DNA of 64,000 bases from Epithemia pelagica (lineage: Eukaryota; Protista; Bacillariophyta), in contig OX337232.1 in NCBI GenBank assembly GCA_946965045.2, forward strand, positions 1,984,001 to 2,048,000, in the 5' to 3' direction. The stretch's first letter is position 1, and each line of letters starts with the position of its first letter. The position numbers were made by a program, and so were the translations under genes. Shown piece after piece: positions 32,591-41,865 of this stretch. The notes under the pieces were generated by a model, which was given only the letters and a program-made list of their open reading frames with translations, was not told where the DNA came from and searched no databases.

Positions 32591-34348
32591 CTAATCTTCC
32601 GTCTCATCGTTGCCATCCTCGTCGTCATCATCACTGTATGAGCCCTCCTCCTCCTCTTCTTCATTGTCTTCCTCTTCAGTGTCATCGACTTCATACACTA
32701 TTTTCTTTTGTGCACTGGATTTTGACTGCTGCTTCCTTTTCTTTTGGCGTGGAGAACGTCTTACCGCCTTTTTTCCTTTTGACCCTTGCCTATTAGGCGA
32801 TGGAGTCCTTGTATTGCGGCGTAAGGGAAGACTCGTCCTAGTTGCTCGTTTCTTTCCATCTTTATTTCCATCCTTCTTTTTGGCTCTCAATCGTTCTTCA
32901 GGAGATGGCTTCTTACCAGCTACGGATCGTTTCTGTTTCTTGGCAGTTCCTCCCTTGTCAGAGGACACCGACAATGTCTTTGAGGCAGCCCTCTTCTTCG
33001 ATGACGAATCCAAAGAGGTTTTCCCTCCAGCAATGGACCGGGCAGTGTCCTGCCCCTTAGTTTGGACAGTAGATAAGGAAACAACCGTCATGTCTCCCTC
33101 GTGTTCAACTTCGTTCTTTCGTTCTTTCAAATATTCTAACAGATCGGCATCCCCTAAGTCCCCATCACTTTCGTCATCAGATTCATTCATTTGATGTTGA
33201 TCGGTCACTGTTGATGTCAATGCTTGGGTAGCAGGTGCCTGGTTTTCAGTGAGAACTTCACCTTCACCCTCACCATTACCTTCGACTTCATCTTTGCTTG
33301 GTTCAGGGACATCATCTCTGGTAATGTCGACTATGTCGATGGAGTCTGCTTCGTATGTCTTGCCATCGTCCCCAATATAGGAGAATTTTTGGGGACCACC
33401 ATCATCTTCCACCACCAAAGATTCGGACGCTTTGTCGTTGTAGTCCATGTGGTCTCGGAGACCATTGATCATCTGATGGTATCTACGCACATCTCCTTGA
33501 CGAGACTGCTCAGAGAGAAGTAGTACATCCTGGTTGTTGACTGTTTCACGACCGTGCTCATCCGATACAGTCAAAACCGTCTTGCCTTCTACAATCTCTT
33601 GTCCAACCAACTCTTGTTCGGCAACCCAAATGCTTTCCAAAACTTTCCTGTTGATGCAATCCAGGGTTCTCATCTCAAAAACCTTGCTGCCCTGTCGATT
33701 CATTCGTCGGTTTGATGCAAACCAGGAAGCCATGGAAAACACCCTCTCAGCAAACGCATTGGTGGAGGGTTTACTCAACCAGAGCATGGCTGTTGGAAAC
33801 ATGCGGTGGAATGTTCCCTTGTTGAGCTGCCACCACTTGAGACAATCAAAGTATTTGCCTACTGTCGGGAAATCTTTCTGCCCACATCGAAAGGAAAACA
33901 ATCTTGTTTCTCGCTCGGTCCACTTTTCAGACTCAATCTTGTATTTGTCCGTAGGGAATTTCTTGATTACTGCCTCCCAATTCGGGTGCACCTCTCTCTC
34001 ACAGTACCGTTTGTAATCTGCCAGTTCTTCTTCACATCGCCGGAAAAAGTTCTGCTGTGTCTGGATTTCCGCTTCATTATTGTTCTGTGTGGCCACATTC
34101 TCTGTATTACCAGTAGTGTTCCCACGACTGTTCTGAATGAGGGCACGTTGTACTATTTCTCTGTCTCGTTCCACCTGGCCAAATAGACTTGTGGAACCCA
34201 GTAGATCGCCAATCTCCCCAGCATCTGAGTCTTCATCGTCATCTGCATCTGCATCTCCAGTGTCGTTAGTAGAGGCAGCAGTCGAACCAGATGGAGCAGA
34301 TGGTCCATCGAAGCTCTGTTGTTTCTTTTTGGAAAATCTTGAAACCAT
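32591..34348 (-). CDS. hAT transposase C-terminal dimerisation-domain protein (5'-truncated transposase remnant) with long charged tail
   Basis: LKWWQLNKGTFHRMFPTAMLWLSKPSTNAFAERVFSMAS matches the hATC consensus WW...FP.L...A...L..P.S.A..ERVFS. Confidence 0.75.
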   Translation of the reverse strand: MVSRFSKKKQQSFDGPSAPSGSTAASTNDTGDADADDDEDSDAGEIGDLLGSTSLFGQVERDREIVQRALIQNSRGNTTGNTENVATQNNNEAEIQTQQNFFRRCEEELADYKRYCEREVHPNWEAVIKKFPTDKYKIESEKWTERETRLFSFRCGQKDFPTVGKYFDCLKWWQLNKGTFHRMFPTAMLWLSKPSTNAFAERVFSMASWFASNRRMNRQGSKVFEMRTLDCINRKVLESIWVAEQELVGQEIVEGKTVLTVSDEHGRETVNNQDVLLLSEQSRQGDVRRYHQMINGLRDHMDYNDKASESLVVEDDGGPQKFSYIGDDGKTYEADSIDIVDITRDDVPEPSKDEVEGNGEGEGEVLTENQAPATQALTSTVTDQHQMNESDDESDGDLGDADLLEYLKERKNEVEHEGDMTVVSLSTVQTKGQDTARSIAGGKTSLDSSSKKRAASKTLSVSSDKGGTAKKQKRSVAGKKPSPEERLRAKKKDGNKDGKKRATRTSLPLRRNTRTPSPNRQGSKGKKAVRRSPRQKKRKQQSKSSAQKKIVYEVDDTEEEDNEEEEEEGSYSDDDDEDGNDETED

Positions 34349-34405
34349 ATCTGTGACATACTGCTGCCGCCATCACTTTCCAAGATCAAAAAAACCGACA
34401 CAAAA

Positions 34406-34854
34406 GTGAAATCGTTGCACATGCCCTTAGCCAGGACCCTGGCATGTGCCCCACAAAAGTGCTGGTTCGTCGCATCATCGCACTTCGTCATGCAGGCGCC
34501 GGCCCCGAAACTCCGCTCTGCACCTACGGAGCTGGTCATCAAGGATTTTTCAATCTCGTGTCATCCAAAATGATAACCAATTTTCTGCGGGAAGTTTCTG
34601 GTGGTGTCCCGCTTTGTGGGTTGGAAATGAACAATATACAGACGCGAAGCCTCCGCTCGGGTGGCGCCATGGCACTCTTGTCTGCCCGCGTCGATACCAA
34701 TATCATCCGCCTGGTCGGGCGCTGGCGCTCCGACGCCATGTTCCGATACCTCCATGCCCAGGCCATTCCCGTCGTGTGCGGCCTTGCGAGCACTATGATC
34801 GACCACGGCAACTTCACATTGGCCCCTGGCATCACGCACATCTTGCATTCTTGA
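34406..34854 (+). pseudogene. tyrosine recombinase, 3' part
   Basis: EIVAHALSQDPGMCPTKVLVRRI...TRSLRSGGAMAL...IRLVGRWRSDAMFRYLH. Its TGA stop overlaps the start of the terminal direct repeat. Confidence 0.88.
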
Positions 34855-35129
34855 GCCAGTCTCATTCTTTTCTCTGCCGTCGCGAGAGACCTTGGAATAG
34901 ATATTAGATTAACCCGCCTCTAGCCTCTACCCATCATAATATATGCATGTGTTCAGAATTTCAAGTTCTACCAGAAGTAAGATAAGAAACAAAACAAATT
35001 GAAATTGACAAAGTTAGGACAACTTGAAATTCTGGGAGGAGTGTATTTACTGCTCCCGCAGTTATGGGAGCAGTATAATATACACTCCTCGATTACGAAT
35101 GGCGTTAAGAAACAAGTTAATACGTAGCA

Positions 35130-36800
35130 TTTTTCTGCATGTTGTTATTTTGTGATTGCTCAAGCTAACAAACTTGGAGGCGAGCGCAAAGACGTCATTC
35201 CAGGAATCAAACCTTTACACTGGTCGGCAACGGACTGTGGTAGTCGTACTTTGAAACCATTTCGCACTTTCCCTTTGAAGACAAATCGTGTCGCGACAAG
35301 CCCGTGGTGCGTCCAAGTTCATCCGCAAGTACCGTTGTTCCGAATTTAAGGTGCGTGGTTGCGGGTCCCAAGGCTCGCCGCCGGCCTTGTTGCCGCCGCC
35401 CACGATGACCGCAACGACCACAACTGGTGATGGTGATGGCAGCAGTGGTAGTACTTTGCACAATTGGCTTGATGTAACAATGTCAAACGACTTGTCGTCA
35501 TAGGGTATCCTTGTGTCCACATTCAGGTCGGCTTGGTTGTAACCACCAGTGGCCTTGGTCTCCGCCATTGTGTTTCTAGAAGCAGGTCACCCTCAACAGA
35601 GCATTTCCCTGCAAGTCTTGTTCGAAGTAGATGGAACAACTCACGAGAAGATGAGTTGAATAGAAAGATATCCAACCACTTGACTTTCTTGGGCGATGTT
35701 GACAGTCGTCCTCATCGGATTCTGCACCTTGGCCTGAAAAAAGTGGGGACGACCTTTCTCCAGTCGTCGCTCTCGACCTCCAATCATCTTAAAAGGGAGC
35801 TCGAGGGTTGTTGAGAGGTAATCAATAGAAGCCAGCATAGTGTGTTACGTCATGGGATTGGTGATTTGGAGGGTTGAATGACATTAAGTGGTTCGGGGGT
35901 GCTTAGGAACGCGAAACTCGGGCGGATAGAAATCGCTGTAGACAGCGTCCAATTTTCGATGTTCGAGTTGGTTCCACAGCCCATCAAAGTCGTCTATTTC
36001 CGTCTCATCCGTGGCAAGTAAGGCAATTGCCTCACGGTTTGCAAATCGTGCCGCGCAAGACAAGTTGTAGCTCCCATAGGTCGAATATTGCTGTGTTATA
36101 ACCCTTTTGTCGTGCATAGAAGAGTATCTGCTGCACGGTGGTGAGGTGGTATCCGCAACTCTCACTTGTAGCCTTGCGTAAAACACGTCCCAGCTATGAT
36201 ATCTTTCAAAGCGCCGTAGAAACTCTTGAATCTTGCTTATCGTGTATTGATCGGGGTTGATGATTACCTTAATGATCTTTTCGTTGGCATGATGAATTAT
36301 TAGATCCAGGGCCATTGGGTCCGTCAGGGAATAGCAGAAAATACGAATTGTCGAATCAGGCGCTGCGTAATGCAGAAGGCTGGCAATAGCACGAAGCGGA
36401 TGATTTGCCGGAACATTGGCAGGTGCTCTGTCCCATGCACGAGGCACGGTTAAAAACTTCTTCGTCGCCGATGTGTCGACGGGGGTATGGAAACTCTTCA
36501 TTCGCTGGTCAAACCATTCTGACCCCTTTTCTTCTTCAGGTATCGCATCGTAGTAGGCTTGCAATTCCGCGTCCAACCCCGCCTCCACCTCAACGACGCG
36601 GTGTTTTTCCGGATCATCCGCCGCATCGTCGAGGCCATACTCCCATTGACTGTGAGGATCGCTCATTCTGACTTCTCTTTGTCAGCGGTAACTTGGTTTT
36701 TTTTTTGCTATGCGTAGATTAACACTATCGTGGTTACTCCTAGGCGGTGGGCAGGCCCAAGACTGGGGAAGTTCGAGGTAAGAAGGAGTTACTGGGACAA
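35130..36800. repeat. PLD block copy B (direct repeat of 12250-14243)
   Basis: Colinear near-identity with copy A, with scattered SNPs and small indels. Confidence 0.92.
35884..36666 (-). CDS. PLD-superfamily (Nuc/Zucchini-like) putative nuclease, copy B (260 aa)
   Basis: Nearly identical protein to copy A from SDPHSQWEYG onward. Own in-frame ATG. HDK...GSYN is intact. Confidence 0.75.
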   Translation of the reverse strand: MSDPHSQWEYGLDDAADDPEKHRVVEVEAGLDAELQAYYDAIPEEEKGSEWFDQRMKSFHTPVDTSATKKFLTVPRAWDRAPANVPANHPLRAIASLLHYAAPDSTIRIFCYSLTDPMALDLIIHHANEKIIKVIINPDQYTISKIQEFLRRFERYHSWDVFYARLQVRVADTTSPPCSRYSSMHDKRVITQQYSTYGSYNLSCAARFANREAIALLATDETEIDDFDGLWNQLEHRKLDAVYSDFYPPEFRVPKHPRTT

Positions 36801-37155
36801 TCCTCGATAGAATACAACGATGCATAAGCGACTAAAGAATGAAGCGCCAGGGAGTCAAGACTGTGTGCCTTCTTTAAAATTTATCCCTCTTTTCACGTCT
36901 CTCTAGCTAGGAGAATAAGGAATAAGAGAGATCTGGAGTAAAGGTCGGTGAAGGTGCTCTCCGGTTCAACCGATTCCAATATAATCCCCTTGTGACCATA
37001 AACGTTTTGATTTGATATGCATGACGAGCTATCGAATCGTTGTTGACTCGGAATACTTCAGATAATCAGTGATTCAGGAGGACGTAATACCTCTACATGG
37101 AAAACTAGGAATAAAGTTTATCGTGCTGCGATGAGCACCTGCAAAAAGTCGGCAC

Positions 37156-38664
37156 TCACAACTTGCCTGAGTAGGGACTATTCACCCAGTGATCGCCGGT
37201 TCCAGCCGCGTTCATGTATTTTACCGTAGAGACCATGTTTTGAAATACCCAAGGATAGTATGCATAATTGACATTGTGTTTCTTGCACACTTCACGAACC
37301 GTAGGAGCAATGAAAGGATACCATGCCGACGACATTCGTGGGAACAAGTGATGCTCAACTTGAAAGTTGAGTCCACCAGTCAAGCAGCCCGAGATAAAGC
37401 CGCCGTATGTGCAAGAGGTCTCAACTTGCATTTTGTACCAATCAACATTTCTCTTTTCCTCATCTGTTTTCTTTGTGTCGTACACGAAAGTAGGGTCACG
37501 GTCAGCGCCTTCAAAGTTGTGTGACAAAGCAAACAAAATCGCCAAAGTCAAACTAGAGGACGCTCCCATGAGCATAATGTTTCCAAAGACAGAAAACTTC
37601 AATCCTTGCTTCACGAATGGCGCGACCAAGTGCACAAGCAGGTAGTAGAGGCGAATGGCACGTGCGTATTTTCGGCTCTTGACAGTGTAATCGTTGTCCA
37701 TTTTGATTCCTGAGCTCATGGCCCCACGTTGCTTCAAGTCCCAAATAGCAGGGTTAGTGATCTCTGAAAGCCAGTAACCAGCGAGGACAAAGATGAAATA
37801 GAGAGACTGGAAACGGTAGATGAACTTGCGCATCGGATGACCCTTGGGATAATCATGAAAGAGGAAAAAAGGTTCAGCACCATGGGCATCGGGATCTTTG
37901 TCAGCGTGGTTGGTGTACGTGTGGTGCGTCCAGTGTTGTTGCATCCACAACCACTTGCTTCCACCGATGAAGTCGGCACCAAGACCAAACAAGTTGTTAA
38001 CCCAGGCGTTTTTGGACGAGGCTCCATGGTTGGCGTCGTGCTGAACGTTGAGTCCAATGAATGCCTGAGAAATGCCATAAATGATAGCCAATTGCCACGA
38101 CGTTCCTTGTGATAGCCACAAATATTGGAGATAAAAATACAAACCAACATAGAAGAAAGCGCGAAGAAACCACCCGAAAGTGCCGAATTCTCGACCGCGA
38201 TGGACAATCTTGAAGACCTCACGCTTTAACTCACGTTCGAACTCGCTGCCGAATGTGTATCTATCATTGTTCAACAATGAGAACAAGGAAGAGTGTTCAT
38301 TCATGAGTTTCGGTAAAGCTTCCTACAAGCGACTGGTTCAAAAGATTGACACAATGGACACTTACTCGCACTGGTAGTCTTTCACAATAGCAACTTGCTT
38401 CATCTTCTCCAAATGCTTGTTCGTATGATACGGATGGATCATTTTGTACTGTACAGTGACATCGTTACCACCGAAGATCAAGATGCTTTCTCCACCCGGG
38501 TGAGGAAAGTCGGCAATGTCGTACACAACTCCATCGATACAAACTTCCGTTCCTTTCAATGTATCCAGAGTTCGTGTTGCGACAGCCGTCGACATAGTCT
38601 CATCGGCCGTGACGGCATCATTGCCGCTCTTGCGATTTCGAAGCCTTTCTGCGTTCGGCGCCAT
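37156..38664 (-). CDS. front-end delta-5 fatty acid desaturase, copy B, the conserved copy (exons 38664-38366, 38260-37156)
   Basis: HPGG, HDANH, HWTHH and QVEHHLFP motifs. 105-nt GT-AG intron at the same position as in copy A. Residues ISQA, VLAGYWLS and TSCTYGG match my recollection of Phaeodactylum delta-5 desaturase. Confidence 0.92.
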
Positions 38665-39598
38665 CTTTGCGTCTGTTCGACTTTGTCTCTCAATCTACTC
38701 GGAGCAGAAAAGTGAGGACAAAGGCAACACCAGCGGCTGTGTTCCGAAAAAGCTGGGTTCGTTCGACGGTTCTTCCCGGTGCAACGAGAAGAGTTGCTGT
38801 GCCGATGTTGAAAATGTGGGTGGAGGTTGGACTTGGACGTGGAGAGATTCTTCGCATATGGGCCCCATTTTTCTCATACCAATCAGGAACGATGGGAAGT
38901 GTAATCATAGTTTGAGAAAGTTTGCCAGAGGGGTACAAAGCCCCCGCGCGCAAAATGTATGGACCACGTCACCTCGCGAGAACCTGCGACTGCGACCTGT
39001 GACGATTCGTCGGGACCACCAATGCGTCAACAAACGGGTAGACGGTAGATGCAGTCCATACCTTACTGGATATACGGTAGACAAGAGGTAGTTGTAGGAA
39101 ATGACCAAGAGAGCAAACTGCTTGAGAGGAAATTATATCCATATCAGTAGTCTATTTGTTGCTGATTTGATGTCGATGACAAGATGAACCTAAAAGGAAC
39201 TTTTCTGGAGATTTTCCATTCCGCCATCCGCTTCATGGGGATAATTCACCATAGGTAATCAATATTCGTTAGAGGTCCTGGCGGAAAGAAAGGTGAGGTT
39301 TCCCTCACTCTTCTCCTTATAATGATGACATACATCATTCCGCATGAGCTTTCTCTCATGTCTTTCATCTTCCATGGTCACGGACAGCTAAACTAGAGGA
39401 GTAGCCACAGAATTTCTGAAGGTCGAGGGTCGAGGTGTCTAAAACGCGTCCAATCAGCGACCAAAATGTCACTGACCAGGGTTAAGCCAAACCGAATGCG
39501 TATGTTTTGGGAACGAGAACCCCGCAGACTATGGACTCCGGGGGCGGAAAAATTCCCCCACAGTTAGCCGTGCTTTTCATAATTGTACTCTATTGTCT

Positions 39599-39674
39599 AT
39601 AGTTATATGGGCCGGTGGTTTAGGAAACCACGGTCATAGTTATATGGGCCGGTGGTTTAGGAAACCACGGTCAT
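39599..39674. repeat. 37-bp perfect tandem duplication with internal stem GTGGTTT/AAACCAC
   Basis: ATAGTTATATGGGCCGGTGGTTTAGGAAACCACGGTC occurs at 39599 and 39636. Confidence 0.95.
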
Positions 39675-39861
39675 GATACACTGCATGGCACCAACATGGC
39701 AAACTCAAGCCGGTGTGCACCTCCAACTAAAGACACAACAAACTGTTGAAGTCCAAAAGTTGTTCCCAACTCTTCGTTCTATGTATACTCCGCAATCATG
39801 ACAACAGAAACAGACGGGTCACAAAATCGAGAACACTCATTTGAAGGGATATCAACAAATA

Positions 39862-41599
39862 ATGGTTCCACACGGCAATGAAGCGGATCCATTATCCATC
39901 TCAAATGGAACTGACTATGGTTCCAGTTTAAGTTCTGGAATGGATGATGATGGCATCGTTTCAAAGTCATCTGACGACTGTATTCAGAAGAGTAGGTTGA
40001 TCATGTTGCCGTCCTGCGTTTATCCTACAAGATACTTGTCCCTCACCTATTCTTGCTTTCTCGAAATTAGAAGAGCCTGCAATTGGTATGTTGGGAAGCA
40101 TCGCAATCGCTGTCAATTCGCTGGCTGGTCCGGCAATTCTGCAACTCCCATATCAATATCAACAGTCTGGGCTAATACCTACTACGGTATGTGTAGTTTT
40201 CGTTGGGATTCTGTCTAGCTATTGCAGCTTGCACATGGCAAATGTGGTGTCGCAAGTTCCTGGGAACCATGACTTTCGTCAAACAGTGGAATTCTCAGAT
40301 CCATTCCGCTTGTTTTGGAACAAGTCGGCCTACAACATAACGCAAGTTCTCTTTTTCCTTTGTGCCACCTGCACGAATGTTGCGGCTATTGTTGATACAT
40401 CGGAAATGGTTGATTCATTCCTTGGATTTCATTTTCGATCCGTTGGTTTCAATTTTGATGATTTTGCTTTCCAGACATGGTCACATCCTCCATGTTCAAG
40501 AAGGGAAGTCAAACAAGGAGTGTGCGAACCATTTGGCGATGGAATGATTTATGGAAACCATATGCTAACATTGGGCTACGTCATAACAGCGATTGTCTTC
40601 CTTCCTGTCTGCCTCATGGATCTCAAAGAAAGTGCAATTTGGCAAATATACGGATTCACAGTTCTACTGAGCATCTCTGTATACTTTTGCCTGGTGTTCT
40701 CCGCAGGGGATCTTTCATTGGATCGAGTTTCCTGGTGGGGGCACCAGTGGGGAGAAATGTTTGGGGTAATTCTTTTCAATTTCGGTCTGGTACTTGCCAT
40801 CCCGGCTTGGCTTCATGACAAAAAACACAGTGTCTCGGTCAACAAAGTTGTGTATAGAAGTACAACGATCTCGGCGAGTCTATACGTAGCAGTGGGTGCT
40901 TTGGGTGCCCTCGCAATTCCGAATGTTAATGTGAATATGTTGAATCCAATGATTTCAGGAGCCTTCGGTCCTGGGATTCAATATGCAGCCAGTCTCTTTG
41001 CGTTCTTCATCATCGGACTGGATATACCGCTTTTCTGCGTCCTTACACGGTACAATCTTACTCACTCTGGTCTCTGCAGTGAGTGGACTGCAAACCTGAT
41101 TGTGGTGTGGATCCCATGGTTCACATCTTGGCTACTTTATCAGGGTGATTCCATCGGCGAACTTCTTGATTGGAGTGGCGTTTTGCTCACATCGGCTATT
41201 GCATTCATTCTCCCTCTCTACCTTGCGCTTCGAATTCTTGTCACAACCGACCAGGAAGGTTCAGTCCACATCTATGGGATGCCGGTGAGCAGAGATCGTC
41301 AAATATGGTACCTATATGGAACACTGTTCATCGCAGCATGTGCGGTTCTTGCCGCAATTGGAGGACAATTGTCGACGGTACGAGACACGCCAGTGTATGA
41401 AGATCCGATGGAGTATGAAAATTCCACTCTCTTTAATAAAGTACTGGAGCACAACACGCAACACGAGCATCATCATCACCATCATCACCACCGCCACAAT
41501 AAATCGGTCCTTCCTTTATTAGACGTTTCAATGGATGACCAGAATTCCTCTCATCCCCTCGGCCCTATTCTCAACGACACAGAAACCTTAGGACTGTAA
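39862..41599 (+). CDS. amino acid transporter (Aa_trans/AAAP family); exons 39862-39991, 40071-41599
   Basis: AIAVNSLAGPAILQLPYQYQQSGL start of TM1 and many hydrophobic helices. The 79-nt GT-AG intron joins in frame to ORF 40088. Confidence 0.85.
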
Positions 41600-41865
41600 C
41601 ATTTCAATTCCTGCTATAGATAGTCATTAAAGATAAAGCACGGCAACGATACTTCGATCAATTGTTTGCCTTTTTTCATTTGGTCTTGGGATTTCATGCT
41701 TCGTCTATGGTTGAAACGTTGGTATCAATAATGGCAGGGATCGATGGGTGATGTCTTTCCCTTCAAAGAGAAGCAGAGAATCAATTACTTAGTTCTAACT
41801 AATACATGTTGTCCATGTTTAACTTTATCACAACGGCAACACAGTAAAAAGTTGTGTGGGACTTG

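Larger units (their letters stand above)
18617..34914 (+). mobile_element. degenerate tyrosine-recombinase retrotransposon (Ngaro/DIRS-like), interrupted by an ~11 kb insert
   Basis: A ~65-bp direct repeat TTGAGCCAGTCTCATTC...GATTAACC at 18617-18682 and 34851-34914 brackets gag, RT, RNase H and YR remnants, in that order. Confidence 0.85.

Noticed and set aside
12250-36800. PLD blocks A and B as LTRs of a giant LTR retroelement or a composite transposon
   Set aside because: I found no TG...CA ends, PBS/PPT, integrase or shared flanking TSD. The RT inside belongs to the YR element, which has its own repeats.
5299-38664. Desaturase duplication caused by the intervening transposons
   Set aside because: Exon 2 of the two genes is far more diverged than the TE repeats, and the gene order (D-P-P-D) is not a tandem unit, so the duplication predates the nest.
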